Of a stretch of DNA of 64,000 bases, positions 11,207-26,181 are shown in pieces. Origin of the DNA: a virus (lineage: Duplodnaviria > Heunggongvirae > Uroviricota > Caudoviricetes); the IMG/VR virus record IMGVR_UViG_2513237251_000009, one strand, 5' to 3'. The position numbers and the translations under genes are program-made. The notes under the pieces were generated by a model, which ran no database searches, was not told the origin of the DNA, and worked only from the letters and a program-made list of their open reading frames with translations. Every line of letters begins with the position of its first letter. Position 1 is the first letter of the stretch.

Positions 11207-11905
11207 TTACTGCGAAAGTTTATTGATGGAAAGGAAACCGCCAAAATTAGCCACCATGCCGCGCATCTCACACCCGCGCATGCACTTGCTGCATCTGTCC
11301 TTACGGATATCCGTGGTGGGGTTGTCGAACTCATCCGCCACCGCAGGACCGTTATACCCGCATTCATCTCCCCGGTAATCCCACATACAGGTATTCGCCA
11401 GCATAATGCGACCGGGAAACAGCGCTCCGTCCGTCTCCGTCGGTGTCGCCAGCACAAACGAGGCCGTCATGGCCGTCAGCGATGACATCTGCTCCACCAC
11501 CCACCGGTCCGTCAGCTCCTGCTCAGGGTCTGCCTCAGGATTGCCTGCCACAAAATTCACCGCATCCAGAAAACGGGCATACACCCGGCGGCGGACCACC
11601 GTGGCCCCCACCAGGCTCTGCAGGTCCTCCGCCATCCCGGTGACCAGACCAAACAGATTCGACACCGTCAGCGACGGTCTGGCACTGCTGCCCTTCCCGT
11701 TCATCTCAAAGCCACTGCCGTCAATCGGGTATGCCTGATATTGCCGCCCCTGCCAGGTAACCGCCTCCCCTTTTTCATTCAGCTCATTGCAGAAAAAATA
11801 CCGCTCACCGCCCTGCGCCGTCAGGTCGATTTCCCAGAGTACCACCCGCGGTGACTGCTCTGATTTAACCGACTCGTTCAGACTTTCTTCGTGAATATCC
11901 TGCAT
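11207..11905 (-). CDS. L: Minor tail protein L
   Basis: 232 aa with Cys-rich C-terminus; resembles lambda gpL. Confidence 0.9.
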   Translation of the reverse strand: MQDIHEESLNESVKSEQSPRVVLWEIDLTAQGGERYFFCNELNEKGEAVTWQGRQYQAYPIDGSGFEMNGKGSSARPSLTVSNLFGLVTGMAEDLQSLVGATVVRRRVYARFLDAVNFVAGNPEADPEQELTDRWVVEQMSSLTAMTASFVLATPTETDGALFPGRIMLANTCMWDYRGDECGYNGPAVADEFDNPTTDIRKDRCSKCMRGCEMRGMVANFGGFLSINKLSQ

Positions 11906-12234
11906 CAGTTCACCACCTGCTTAAACTCCGCGCTGAACTCAACGCGCAACATCCCGACCCGCGCAGACCACCCGGCACAGGTCACCTTTATCTGCCGGTA
12001 TGCATAGGGTGGCTTCCACAAAAATGCCTTCCAGCCTCCGTGCTCTGCCAGGAACGCTTCCAGATGCCGGGCCTCCTCCCGGGTCACGGAAAGCGTCACA
12101 CGGTATGTTTTCAGGTCAGCATTCAGCCCTGCCGCCATACGCTGTGAGTACCCGTCACCAAAACGCACTTCACGCACCGATGGCTGCGAGTTCACCTCCA
12201 TATCCGGCTTCACTTTCCAGCGAAAGGTTTTCAT
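11905..12234 (-). CDS. M: Minor tail protein M
   Basis: 109 aa; resembles lambda gpM. Confidence 0.9.
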   Translation of the reverse strand: MKTFRWKVKPDMEVNSQPSVREVRFGDGYSQRMAAGLNADLKTYRVTLSVTREEARHLEAFLAEHGGWKAFLWKPPYAYRQIKVTCAGWSARVGMLRVEFSAEFKQVVN

Positions 12235-14843
12235 CGCCCGCTCCCCGATAACATACCGCCATCACGCAACTGCAGCCGGAGCTCATCCTGCGCCCCCTTG
12301 CGGGCCATGTCATACACCGCCTTCATCAGCTGCGGCCCCGCCTGTCCGTTGGTGCCGTCGTTCTGAATCACCACGTGATTGTTCTGATTAAAATTAATAC
12401 CTTCCGCCCGCCGCATCTGCGCCGGACTTCCGGCACCACCCACATAACCACCTTCCGCATAGCCGCGCATCAGACGGTAAAGATTCCCCACACCTATCCG
12501 GCTGGTTGCCTCTTTCGTGAAAACAAACTCCCCGCGGTGAACAATTCCCGCAGGCTCATATTTGCCGCCCGTCCCCGTAAATCCTCCGATCGCGAAATGG
12601 AAGTTCGCCGCCGCAGCCTGAATGGCCGTCCCCGAGGAAGCAGATGCACCACCACCGAAAGCACCGCCAATGGCGCTGCCGATACGCCCGACAATGCCCA
12701 CCATGGCCTGTTTAAGCAGGATTTCTGTCATCATGGACAGCACCGAACGGGTGAATCCCCGCCAGTCTGCCTCTGCACCGGTCAGCATCGCCGCCATATT
12801 CTGTGCAATACCGTCAAAGGTCTGCGTGGCAGCACTTTTAACCTGCGAAAAACTGTCCGTCGCACTTTCCGCCCACTCGCCCCAGCCGGACTTCAGCCCG
12901 GCCATCCAGCTTCCACGAAGCTGCTCCTCCGCAGACCTGGTGTTCTTCAGTGCCGATGTGGCCTTCGCCAGCGCAGCCGGATTATCACCGTACACGTCCC
13001 GAAGACGCTGCGCTTCAGACTCCCGCTGCGCCTGACGGTCAGTGAGACCGCGGGCTTTTGCGCTGATGGCGGCCTGCTTCGCGCTCTGCTGCTCTTCAAA
13101 CCGCACCGCCTGCTGTGCCAGCTCATTCAGGCGTTTCTGGTATTCAACCTTGTCGCCCAGCTCAGCCAGCTGGCGTTTGTACTCCAGCGTCTCGTCTTTA
13201 TGCGCCAGCAGGGATTTTTCCTGCTCAGATAACTGTCGTTTCGTGGCAGCCTCTTTCAGGACCGCATACTGACTTTCCGCCTTCCATAAATCACGGCGCT
13301 GCCGGCTGATTTTCTCATTCGCACCGCTGTGTTTTTCCAGCGTCCTGAGCTCAGCTTCAAGGGCAAGCAGAGCCTCTCTTGCCTGCTCCTCTTCCCTCTC
13401 CCCGGCAGAGCGCGTTTTCGGTGATGTATGCTTTTTACCTGTCAGCTCTTCAGCCAGACGGCTGACGGCTTCCTGCTGCCCCGGACCTTTGCTGACGCCT
13501 GTTGCACGCGAGCGGTTGATGTACCCCATTTCCCCCTGGCGTATACGCGCATCCCGTTCCGCAATGGATTTTCTCAGCGCCAGTTCATCGCGTTTTGTTT
13601 TCTCAATAAATACGCGGTTCTCTTCTGCCAGTTCACCAAACAACGCACCAACGCCGGGCACATTCTTTGTCGTTTCCCAGGCTGACTGAATAAATTCAGC
13701 CAGCGCCAGATCCCCCTGCACAAGCAGCAGCTTCACTTGTTCAACGGTTCCGGCCACCACGTCAGTGATCAGACTGAGTGCCCCCAGTGTATGATCACCT
13801 ATCCATGCCCATGCGTCAGAAGTCCAGGTTTTAACATCGTCCCAGATTTTTTCCACCGGCGTGGCCGCTTTATCAAGTTGCTCCAGACGTGCATTCATGA
13901 CATCCGCAAACAGGGACATCGCCTCCGTCACCGCAACCTGTTTACCTTTCGTGCGCTCAAGCTCATCAATATGGCGTAACTGGGAAACGCTCAGGAAGTT
14001 ATACTGCTGATTCAGGGAGGCCAGCGCCTTCACCGGATCTGCTGCAATCCCTTCAAAGGCTTTTTCCACCTTCCCGGCATCGTCCCCCACCGTCTGCAGC
14101 CATCTCTGAGAGGTTTCCCCCATGATCCGTAGCTGCCCGGCGGTATATTTCCCGCTTTCTGCCAGACGGGCCAGATTTTCTGCCGCCTGTCTGATACCAC
14201 CACCGGCTTCATCGCTGATCACCCCGGCCATTTTCCACAATTCTGCCGTTGTGGTGGCAGCCGCCCCTCCGGTCAGGATCAGTGAACGCAATAAGGCCCG
14301 GTCAGCCTGCTCTGCCTGCCAGGCGGCGGCAGCAAGCGCGGCCAGTACGGCAACCCCGCCACCTGCCGCCACACGGGCCACCGACATAAATCGTCCCAGC
14401 TCACCGGCATTCCGGGCATTTTCAGCCAGTGCATTTGCCGTATCTGACAGCGACTCCTCTGATGATTCAGAGGCATCCCTGATCCCGAGAAGTTCCTCCT
14501 TCAGCAGGGTAAGCAGGCTGAGCGGTCCACCGAATGAATCGCTGATCTGCCCCCCCTGCTGCAGCATGATAAGGAAGGGATTCTGACCACCGGCAAGCTG
14601 AGTGACAATATCCGTGAACTGTGCGGGCAGTGTGCGCATGGCAGCCTTATACTGTCCGACTGATATCCCGGCTTTTTGTGCCGCCAGCGCCTGTCGGCTC
14701 AGCCCCTGTTCAACAGTACTGGCGGTTTTTCTGGCATCCGCCTCCAGACTGGAAAAATGACGGCGTACCCGGGCCATCTGTTCATCAAACCGGGCCGCAT
14801 CCAGACTCAAATCAATAACCAGATCACCCGCTGGCTGGGACAT
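12231..14843 (-). CDS. H: Tail tape measure protein H
   Basis: 870 aa, coiled-coil/Ala-rich, lambda gpH-like order and size. Confidence 0.85.
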   Translation of the reverse strand: MSQPAGDLVIDLSLDAARFDEQMARVRRHFSSLEADARKTASTVEQGLSRQALAAQKAGISVGQYKAAMRTLPAQFTDIVTQLAGGQNPFLIMLQQGGQISDSFGGPLSLLTLLKEELLGIRDASESSEESLSDTANALAENARNAGELGRFMSVARVAAGGGVAVLAALAAAAWQAEQADRALLRSLILTGGAAATTTAELWKMAGVISDEAGGGIRQAAENLARLAESGKYTAGQLRIMGETSQRWLQTVGDDAGKVEKAFEGIAADPVKALASLNQQYNFLSVSQLRHIDELERTKGKQVAVTEAMSLFADVMNARLEQLDKAATPVEKIWDDVKTWTSDAWAWIGDHTLGALSLITDVVAGTVEQVKLLLVQGDLALAEFIQSAWETTKNVPGVGALFGELAEENRVFIEKTKRDELALRKSIAERDARIRQGEMGYINRSRATGVSKGPGQQEAVSRLAEELTGKKHTSPKTRSAGEREEEQAREALLALEAELRTLEKHSGANEKISRQRRDLWKAESQYAVLKEAATKRQLSEQEKSLLAHKDETLEYKRQLAELGDKVEYQKRLNELAQQAVRFEEQQSAKQAAISAKARGLTDRQAQRESEAQRLRDVYGDNPAALAKATSALKNTRSAEEQLRGSWMAGLKSGWGEWAESATDSFSQVKSAATQTFDGIAQNMAAMLTGAEADWRGFTRSVLSMMTEILLKQAMVGIVGRIGSAIGGAFGGGASASSGTAIQAAAANFHFAIGGFTGTGGKYEPAGIVHRGEFVFTKEATSRIGVGNLYRLMRGYAEGGYVGGAGSPAQMRRAEGINFNQNNHVVIQNDGTNGQAGPQLMKAVYDMARKGAQDELRLQLRDGGMLSGSGR

Positions 14844-15686
14844 ATCTCACACCTCCGGAAATCCCCGCTGAAGCCATCATTAATGCAACATCATCCTCGC
14901 TGACATCCACCACATCCGCAGAAGGTGAAATATCGCGCCCTCCGTCCCCTCCGAACCGGACGCCTCCGGCAACTCCTGTCGCTTTCTGCATCAGCATTTC
15001 TTCCTCGTCCGGCATCTCCGTCTGCTCTTCCTCACACGCTGGAGCAAGCAGACTGAAATCCGCCGGATGCATATCCGGATCGCCAAAAAACAGGCTGAGT
15101 ACGGCGTACATCAGCCCGGAAAAATGAGCGTCCAGTTGGGTATCCTGAAAATAATGCGTGCAGTAAAAACGTCGCCAGTCGGCATATTCGGTGGATGTCA
15201 TCCCGGCAAGCATGGCGCGCCAGTCGGGTCTCCCCATCTCTCGCGCCAGTTTCAGGACAAAGTTCAGCTCGCCTTCGAATGCTTTTTTGATGTTACCGAC
15301 TCAGTCGCTTCTGCTTTACCGGTTTGTTCAGGATCGGCATCGTGCCGGTTATCCAGCATACCTGAAAGATAAAGCACCCGGTTCGTTGCCTGATTCAGTG
15401 CATCAGCAGGCCATCCCAGCATCACTTCACGGCGGATCTGCTGCATCTCTGTCTCCGGAGAGGCCAGAGTGCCTTTGAGGGAATGGGAATGCCATAGCGA
15501 CATCGCCACAAGCAGGGATGCCGTTTCCAGATATCGCTGGTTAATGTGCACGACATCATGCTTCGTTGTCTCCTGTTGTTCTGCGTCTGAAACAAACTTT
15601 ATATAATCAAACCGCTGCAGCGCAGACAATTCGGAAAGCGTGACGGACACACCGTTATATTCAAATTGTTCTGTTTTCAGAAACAT
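14824..15686 (-). CDS. Tail assembly chaperone G-T fusion (by -1 programmed frameshift)
   Basis: T-frame open from about 15300 to 14824 overlapping 3-prime end of G; slippery heptamer at 15282..15288. Confidence 0.65.
15264..15686 (-). CDS. G: Tail assembly chaperone G
   Basis: 140 aa, lambda gpG-like, ends ...SKKHSKAS. Confidence 0.85.
   Translation of the reverse strand: MFLKTEQFEYNGVSVTLSELSALQRFDYIKFVSDAEQQETTKHDVVHINQRYLETASLLVAMSLWHSHSLKGTLASPETEMQQIRREVMLGWPADALNQATNRVLYLSGMLDNRHDADPEQTGKAEATESVTSKKHSKAS
15282..15288 (-). other. A AAA AAG slippery heptamer for G-T -1 ribosomal frameshift
   Basis: Minus-strand tcA AAA AAG at the last codons of G; -1 frame continues into T. Confidence 0.6.
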
Positions 15687-15699
15687 GTATTACCTCCGT

Positions 15700-16452
15700 T
15701 TACCCTGCAGCGCCCGCTTCAGTAACGGTGACTTCAGCCACTGCGGCGAACTGACCATTTCCGCTCACCACAGGGATCTGCACCTTACCTGTCGCCACGC
15801 CGTTTACCGTAATTGTCATATCTTTCACACTAATGGTGGCTTTCGACGGATCGGCGGAAACCGCTCTGAACGTCTTGTCGGTTGCACTTTCCGGCTCAAA
15901 AGAAACCGTCAGGGTGGTTGTTTTCCCTTTTGCCACCGTACCGGATGTCGGTGTCACCTTAATTGCAGTGGCCGGCGTAATTTCGCTGCGTTCTTCCGCC
16001 ACGGAAGGTTTGCCCACGTTAGTGACTTTCACCGTGCGGGTGATCACTTCTTTCGCCGTCACGGCCTTACCGATACTGCTGACCCAGCCACGGAACACAT
16101 CCACCGTGCCATTTGGGAAACGGATTTTATAGGCCCGCACATCCCCGCTTTCAAACCAGCCTATAAGCCCTTTCTGACCTTCTTCTCCCGGTTTCCAGGC
16201 CAGCGTAAAACTGGTATCTCCTGCAGACTTCTGCCCCTGCCCGGTCGCGGTCCAGTCCGCGTCTTCATCATCCAGGTAGTTATCATCGTAGGGTTCTGCC
16301 GTCATCTCGCCCGGCGTCAGATCCTTCACCTTAGCCAGTCGCTGCCAGTCATCGTCTGACAACGGGTTTGCATAAGCATCACCCTTGCCGTTGTAAACCC
16401 ACAGAGTGGTACCGGCACCTTTTACCGGCTCAAGGGGATTTGGTGTTGCCAT
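15700..16452 (-). CDS. V: Major tail protein V with C-terminal Ig-like domain
   Basis: 250 aa; resembles lambda gpV. Confidence 0.9.
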   Translation of the reverse strand: MATPNPLEPVKGAGTTLWVYNGKGDAYANPLSDDDWQRLAKVKDLTPGEMTAEPYDDNYLDDEDADWTATGQGQKSAGDTSFTLAWKPGEEGQKGLIGWFESGDVRAYKIRFPNGTVDVFRGWVSSIGKAVTAKEVITRTVKVTNVGKPSVAEERSEITPATAIKVTPTSGTVAKGKTTTLTVSFEPESATDKTFRAVSADPSKATISVKDMTITVNGVATGKVQIPVVSGNGQFAAVAEVTVTEAGAAG

Positions 16453-16459
16453 ATCGTCC

Positions 16460-16855
16460 TCACATCTCGTATGTAATGGAATAAGTCAGATCCGCAGAAC
16501 TCCATAACGCCATATCGTCATCACGACGATACTCATAGCCCTGCGTAACCATCGTCGTAATCAGGTCTGCCAGTGCCGGGATCGCAGTCACCGCCGGATA
16601 AATCCGGCTTTCCATCCACTGATCAAGCTCCGAATCCGGTACCTGTGCCGGTAAAAACACCTCAATATGCAGTGTGGCCCGCCAGGTATCTGCATCCAGC
16701 TCTTCACCGGTATACTCTGCATCCGTCAGATAAACCGCGACGGCCGGAAAATCCTCTTCGTCAAAAACAACGGGGCGACCATCAAACAGCGTCGCCCCGT
16801 GTTCATGCAGCTCCAGTGCATCCAGCACTGCCGCACGGATATCAGTATGTTTCAT
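16460..16855 (-). CDS. U: Tail terminator protein U
   Basis: 131 aa; resembles lambda gpU. Confidence 0.9.
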   Translation of the reverse strand: MKHTDIRAAVLDALELHEHGATLFDGRPVVFDEEDFPAVAVYLTDAEYTGEELDADTWRATLHIEVFLPAQVPDSELDQWMESRIYPAVTAIPALADLITTMVTQGYEYRRDDDMALWSSADLTYSITYEM

Positions 16856-17385
16856 CGTTTTATCGCAATCCTAAGTTGTTGTTTCAGCGCGTATGCCAGT
16901 TCTCCGGGCAGACGTTCACGCCGGATACGGTCAATATTCTCATCAAACGCCTGTTTCAGTGGGGCCGCCATCGGGATTTTCACCACATCAATGGGGTAAC
17001 GGTTTTTCCCGGCCACACGCTGCATGACATGCCAGCGACCATTTTTTAATCGCTGGATAAATGCCCGCTGATACCGATGCTGACCAGCTTTAAGTATGCT
17101 GTCCGGACGACGGCCCAGCATCCTGATCCCCAGCTTAATCACAGGGAGATCACCGCGTTTAACGATAATTCTGGCATTCGGATTTCTGACCGTGGCCCGT
17201 TTCAGTCTGGACCGTTCCTTTACCAGTTTCCGGCGTACCTTTGTCTCCCGGGCAACCTGTGATGAAGACTGATTAATCGCCGTTGTGGCCACGCGGTTAA
17301 TGGCCATTGCTGAAGCCGCCGGAATGGCGTTTTTACGAACCCGGCTCAGATTTTCAATCGCCTGATCAAGCCCTTTTATCGCCAT
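16852..17385 (-). CDS. Z: Minor tail protein Z
   Basis: 177 aa; lambda gpZ-like, position between FII and U. Confidence 0.85.
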   Translation of the reverse strand: MAIKGLDQAIENLSRVRKNAIPAASAMAINRVATTAINQSSSQVARETKVRRKLVKERSRLKRATVRNPNARIIVKRGDLPVIKLGIRMLGRRPDSILKAGQHRYQRAFIQRLKNGRWHVMQRVAGKNRYPIDVVKIPMAAPLKQAFDENIDRIRRERLPGELAYALKQQLRIAIKR

Positions 17386-17399
17386 AATTCACCCTGCGT

Positions 17400-17753
17400 T
17401 TATCGTCGCCGGTTAACTGCCGGTGGTTGCCCACGGTTGAGCCAGAGATAACAACTCCCTCCGTCATCCGGAGAAACACGGTCCACCCAGAACATCTCGC
17501 CGTTAATGGTCAGCGTGTCACCACGCCGCAGTTGCCGCACATCATCAGTCCGGACAAACAGGGACGGGCTGGAGCCTTCAACGCGCACGCCCTGTCCGGC
17601 ATAGCTGATATTTTCAGGGTCATCAAAAACACCACGTATTACTGCGCCGGACCGCTCACCGGATGTCATGGTGGCTGACGTTCCCATGTACCCGCGTATC
17701 GTTTCATCGGCGCGGGCAATGGCAGCATCGAACAGGTTATCGAAATCAGCCAC
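17400..17753 (-). CDS. FII: Head-tail connector FII
   Basis: 117 aa; resembles lambda gpFII. Confidence 0.85.
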   Translation of the reverse strand: MADFDNLFDAAIARADETIRGYMGTSATMTSGERSGAVIRGVFDDPENISYAGQGVRVEGSSPSLFVRTDDVRQLRRGDTLTINGEMFWVDRVSPDDGGSCYLWLNRGQPPAVNRRR

Positions 17754-17764
17754 AGCGCCTCCCG

Positions 17765-18163
17765 TTATTGCATTCTGGCCAGGCCGCGCTCTGTCATTTC
17801 GGCTGCCACACCGGCAGAGACACGAAACGCCGTTCCCGGCAGCACAAATGCCACAGGTTCATCCCGCGTGACGTGAAGTGCATCAGTATGCAGCTTCACC
17901 AGTGCCACGACCGTGACCAGTTCAGACGTATCCAGAATCACGGTATCCGGCTGCGCTGATCCCACCTCATTTTCATGTCCGGTCAGCACATTTTCCCGGC
18001 TGAGAGGGGTGTCCTGACCGGCAGTTTCATCCGTGTCATCAAGCTCCTCTTCCAGCTCTGCCACACGGAGCGCCAGTTCTTCTTTCGTCCCCGTCAGGCT
18101 GACATCACGGTTCAGTTGTTCACCCAGCGAGCGGAGACGGGCAATCAGTTCATCTTTCGTCAT
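17765..18163 (-). CDS. FI: DNA packaging/head completion protein FI
   Basis: ATG 18163 (MTKDELIARLRSL...), SD ggagg; resembles lambda gpFI. Confidence 0.8.
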   Translation of the reverse strand: MTKDELIARLRSLGEQLNRDVSLTGTKEELALRVAELEEELDDTDETAGQDTPLSRENVLTGHENEVGSAQPDTVILDTSELVTVVALVKLHTDALHVTRDEPVAFVLPGTAFRVSAGVAAEMTERGLARMQ

Positions 18164-18204
18164 GGACTCCTCCACAGAAAAACAATGGCCCCGAAGGGCC
18201 ATGA

Positions 18205-19230
18205 TTACGCCAGTTGTACGGACACGAACTCATCAGGGTCAGCCAGCAGCATCAGCGGTGCTGACTGAATCATGGTGAACTCACGCGCCGGATCGCCGGT
18301 GGTCACCCAGTTTTTCGGGTAACGGGCAGAGGCGTTAATGCCTTCGCGCTGTGCGTCCGCATCCTGAATGCAGCCATAGGTGCGCAGACCGCGTGCCTGA
18401 GTGTTCCCCAGCACCATCGTGTTGTCCGGCAGGAAGTTCTTTTTGACGCCGTTTTCCACGTACTGTCCGGAATACACGACGATGGCCACATCGCCATACA
18501 TTCCCTTATAAGACACCGCTTTGCCCAGGTCTTTTACCGCTGTCTCCAGTTCGGAATGAGAGCCGCGACGGGTATCCAGCTTCTCCCTGACGGCTTTGAA
18601 GGAACGGAACAGCGCCCAGCCTTTCGGGTCAAACACGATGATATTCACCACGCCGCTGGCGTTCAGCGCGTAGGCTTCGATATCGTCGGTCGGGTCATAC
18701 GTGGACTTGTCACGCTTGCTCCACTCCGTGCCGCCGGACTGCGTGATGTTGTTCGCCGCACTGCGGCCCATATCCACCTCAACCGGATCGAAGGCTTCAC
18801 CGGTCATGGTGTATTTGCCCTTGAGCACGGCAGAAACTGCCTGCATCTCTTCGACCTGAGCAATGGCCAGCTCTTCGTCACGCATGTTCTGCATGATGAT
18901 GCGACGGCGGCGGTAAGCCGGGTCCGCCAGATTCTGCGGATCTTCATCCGGCAGGCGACGCAGGGTCATCTGCGGATTCACTTCATGCTTCGGCTTGACA
19001 TATCCCGGCGTAAATTCAGAGGTGGAGCCGCCACGGGAACGGATAACCTCACCAGAAACAATCGGCGAAACGTACAGCGCCATGTTTACCAGTCCCGGAA
19101 TTTGTGAGAGATAGACTTTCTCCGTGGTGAAGGGATAGCTCTCACGGAAAAAGAGACGCAGAAACAGCGGATCAAACTTAAATTTCTGCTCATTTGCCGC
19201 CAGCAGTTGGGCGGTTGTGTACATCGACAT
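18205..19230 (-). CDS. E: Major capsid protein E
   Basis: 341 aa from ATG 19230 (MSMYTTAQLLAANEQ...); very high similarity to lambda gpE. Confidence 0.9.
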   Translation of the reverse strand: MSMYTTAQLLAANEQKFKFDPLFLRLFFRESYPFTTEKVYLSQIPGLVNMALYVSPIVSGEVIRSRGGSTSEFTPGYVKPKHEVNPQMTLRRLPDEDPQNLADPAYRRRRIIMQNMRDEELAIAQVEEMQAVSAVLKGKYTMTGEAFDPVEVDMGRSAANNITQSGGTEWSKRDKSTYDPTDDIEAYALNASGVVNIIVFDPKGWALFRSFKAVREKLDTRRGSHSELETAVKDLGKAVSYKGMYGDVAIVVYSGQYVENGVKKNFLPDNTMVLGNTQARGLRTYGCIQDADAQREGINASARYPKNWVTTGDPAREFTMIQSAPLMLLADPDEFVSVQLA

Positions 19231-19285
19231 AAAAAAATCCCGTAAAAAAAGCCGCACAGGCGGCCTTTAGTGATGAAGGGTCAGG

Positions 19286-19618
19286 TTAAACGATGCTGAT
19301 TGCCGTTCCGGCAAACGCGGTCCGTTTTTTCGTCTCGTCGCTGGCAGCCTCCGGCCAGAGCACATCCTCATAACGGAACGTGCCGGACTTGTAGAACGTC
19401 AGCGTGGTGCTGGTCTGGTCAGCAGCAACCGCAAGAATGCCAACGGCAGCACCGTCGGTGGTGCCATCCCACGCAACCAGCTTACGGCTGGAGGTGTCCA
19501 GCATCAGCGGGGTCATTGCAGGCGCTTTCGCACTCAATCCGCCGGGCGCGGTTGCGGTATGAGCCGGGTCACTGTTGCCCAGCGGCTGGTAATGGGTAAA
19601 GGTTTCTTTGCTCGTCAT
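19286..19618 (-). CDS. D: Head decoration protein D
   Basis: 110 aa from ATG 19618 ([12 protein letters not shown]...); lambda gpD-like. Confidence 0.9.
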   Translation of the reverse strand: MTSKETFTHYQPLGNSDPAHTATAPGGLSAKAPAMTPLMLDTSSRKLVAWDGTTDGAAVGILAVAADQTSTTLTFYKSGTFRYEDVLWPEAASDETKKRTAFAGTAISIV

Positions 19619-19627
19619 AAACATCCC

Positions 19628-20927
19628 TTACACTGGTGTGTTCAGCAAATCGTTAACGGCATCAGATGCCGGGTTACCTGCAGCCAGCGGTGCCGGTGCC
19701 CCCTGCATCAGACGATCCAGCGCAGTATCACTGCGCGCCTGTGCACTCTGTGGTGCTGCGGCCAGAATGCGGCGGGCCGTTTCCACGGTCATACCGGGGG
19801 TTTCTGCCAGCACGCGGGCCTGTTCTTCGCGTCCGTGAGCCTCCTCACAGTTGAGGATCCCCATAATGCGGCTGTTTTCTGCCGCAACCGCAGCGGTGAT
19901 CTGCGCGTTCACGTCCGGCTGCGCCGCGCTGGCGTTTTCGCCCTCCGTCGCTGGCACCACGCCAGTAACGTCAGCCTGCGAAGCAGTGGCTGAAACAGTT
20001 GTTGATTGAGTCTCTTTGGTCATTCGCCCTCCTGAGAGACGGGATTTACGTGCATCCAGTGCATCACGCATAACGGTGATCGCATCGGTGCTGTTGACAA
20101 GTTCATCAGCCAGTCCGGCATCAATGGCCTCCTGACCGCTGTACACTGCAGCCTCGGTATCCAGCACAGCCTGCACGGACAGGCCGGTATATGCCGACAC
20201 CTTCTGCGCAAACATCCGGCGGGTTGCATCCATCCGGGACTGCAGTGTTTCCCGGACATCACCCGGTAGATGGCTGTAGGGGTTGCCATCCACCTTATGG
20301 CTGCCGCTGTAAATCAGCGTGATTTCCACGCCCTGTTTCTCCAGGGCAGCACCGTAATTACTGTGAGCCATCATGACGCCGATGGAGCCTGTCCGGGCGG
20401 TCTGCGTGACCAGACGCCGGGAGGCGGCGCTGGCAAGCAGCTGACCTGCACTGCAGTTCATGTCGTTGGCCAGCGCCCATACCGGTTTTATGTCTCGCAC
20501 ACGGGCGATGATGTCAGCACAGTCAAATGCTCCCGCCACCATCCCGCCCGGTGTGTCCATATCGAGCAGAATGCCGTCCACCATCGGATCGCTGGCAGCC
20601 TGTTGCAGACGGGCGATAATGCCGTTGTAACCGGTCATTCCCGAATACGGCTGCAGCGCCCGCGTCCGGCTGACCAGCGTACCGGACACCGGCAGCACGG
20701 CGATGCCGTTCATGACCTGATAACTCCGGGCCTGTCGTGGTCCGTCATCATCACCGGATAACGCCAGCGCCGCGGGTGCCTCTCCGGCAGTCAGGCTGTC
20801 GCCGGATACTGCATCCGTCAGGCGGCTGATCCCAAGCTGGCCTGCAAGCGCACAAAAGAAAACCCGCGCATAGGCGGGTTCAAGCATCAGCGGCTCATTA
20901 AAAGCCATGCTGGCAATATGCGGGAGA

Positions 20928-20947
<20 letters not shown>
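19628..20947 (-). CDS. C: Prohead protease/scaffold C (S49 peptidase family), Nu3 in-frame C-terminal part
   Basis: 439 aa from GTG 20947 (SD ggaggag); resembles lambda gpC. Confidence 0.85.
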
Positions 20948-24628
<3,681 letters not shown>

Positions 24629-24654
<26 letters not shown>

Positions 24655-25174
24655 TCAGCAACCCCGGTATCAGTTCATCCAGCGCGGCTGCTTTGTTCAT
24701 GGCTTTGATAATATCCCGTTTCAGGAAATCAACATGTCGGTTTTCCAGTTCCGGAAAACGCCGCTGTACTGAGAGAGGGATCCCGTCAAGAATACTGGCA
24801 ATTTCACCTGCGATCCGTGACAGCACGAAAGTACAGAATGCGGTTTCCACCACTTCTGCGGAGTCTCTGGCATTCTTCAGCTCCTGGGCGTCAGCCTGCG
24901 CACGCGTAAGTCGATGGCATTCGTACTCAATAGTCCCAGGCTGGAGATCTGCCTCGCTGGCAGCCCTGTAATCCTCAACCTCTTTACGGAGTTTTTCATT
25001 TTCGATATCAGCTTCCCTCTGCGCATACCACTGAATTGCCGTGGCGGTATCAAATACAGATTCAACGCCCTTACCACCTCCGGAGACGCAAGGGAGCCCC
25101 TGAGACTGCCAGCGTTCAATCGTTCGCGGATCCACGTTGAAAATTTCGGCAAGTTTCTTTTTATTAACCTTCAT
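24629..25174 (-). CDS. nu1: Terminase small subunit Nu1
   Basis: 181 aa; wHTH N-terminus, lambda Nu1-like. Confidence 0.9.
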
Positions 25175-25349
25175 GAAACAGTCTCACAACAAATACAGGG
25201 TCCGACATGAAAGTGCCCGAAAATGACTTTTTCAGGCGTTTTCATGTCGGACCTTTACGGATTCGATATTAGAAAAAACAAATAGTTATGTTCGAGAAGT
25301 ACCGACATGATTTTCCCCGGAAAATTTTCATAAATAGCGAAAACCCGCG

Positions 25350-25361
25350 AGGTCGCCGCCC
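25350..25361. other. cos site, cosN 12-nt cohesive-end core
   Basis: aggtcgccgccc is the reverse complement of lambda cohesive end GGGCGGCGACCT; followed leftward by lambda-like cosB text (cgcgggttttcgctatttatgaaaatttt). Confidence 0.7.
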
Positions 25362-25560
25362 CGTAACCGGTCGGATCGCCGGAAAGGACCCGCAAAATGA
25401 TAATAATTATCATCTACATGTCACAACGTGCATCTACGCCATCAAACCACGTCAAATAATCAATTATGACGCAGGTATCGTATTAATTGATCTGCATCAA
25501 ATTAACGTAAAAGCAACTTCAGATAATACAAATCAGCAACACTGAATATGGGGCAACATT

Positions 25561-25785
25561 ATGTCATCAAAGAACAGAACCCGCAGAACAACAACCCGCA
25601 ACATCCGATTTCCAAACCAGATGATTGAACAAATTAACATCGCTCTTGATCTGAAAGGTTCAGGAAATTTTTCAGCGTGGGTTATTGAAGCCTGCAGAAG
25701 AAGATTAATTAATGAAAAATATTCTCAATTTGTACCCAACAAAGACAAACACGACCAGAGCACCTGTTCAGACAGGTTTACTTAA
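25561..25785 (+). CDS. Putative ribbon-helix-helix (CopG/Arc-like) DNA-binding protein
   Basis: 74 aa; basic N-terminus then RNIRFPNQMIEQINIALDLKG... typical of RHH fold; call by pattern only. Confidence 0.4.
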   Translation: MSSKNRTRRTTTRNIRFPNQMIEQINIALDLKGSGNFSAWVIEACRRRLINEKYSQFVPNKDKHDQSTCSDRFT

Positions 25786-25866
25786 ACGACTTATATATGA
25801 CACAAAAAGCGACCACTAAAGTCGCTTTTTCTTATGGTAACAGGCAATAACGCTCTCAGATATTTT

Positions 25867-26181
25867 TTAGCATTTTTTTGACCGCGCGTTTCCGGACGTA
25901 TTCTGTTCTCCTGTCCCTTTATATCGTCGGAATACCCGCCGCTCTTCAAATCCCATTCCCAACTCAGAATGTAGTCTGTTGACCGCTTGTTTTATTTCGG
26001 TCAGGTTCACCGGTGAAACCGGAGTCCGGCGCGCCTTACGCAAACACTCTGCTCGTTTCTGTGCCGCCACTTTTCTTTTCTGGTCATCACTTAGCTGTAC
26101 CATCACTTTTGCCCATCGTTCAGCTGCTCTCCGGTACAGTCCTTTTTTCTCCAGACATTCTGCCAGGTGATCATGTAGCAT
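25867..26181 (-). CDS. PerC-family transcriptional activator (Pch-like)
   Basis: 104 aa with GLYRRAAERW motif characteristic of PerC/Pch; AT-rich 460-bp upstream region. Confidence 0.7.
   Translation of the reverse strand: MLHDHLAECLEKKGLYRRAAERWAKVMVQLSDDQKRKVAAQKRAECLRKARRTPVSPVNLTEIKQAVNRLHSELGMGFEERRVFRRYKGTGEQNTSGNARSKKC

Noticed and set aside
25288-25545. 85-aa plus-strand ORF spanning the cos site
   Set aside because: The cosN core lies inside it and the region is the packaging site; no SD; likely non-coding.
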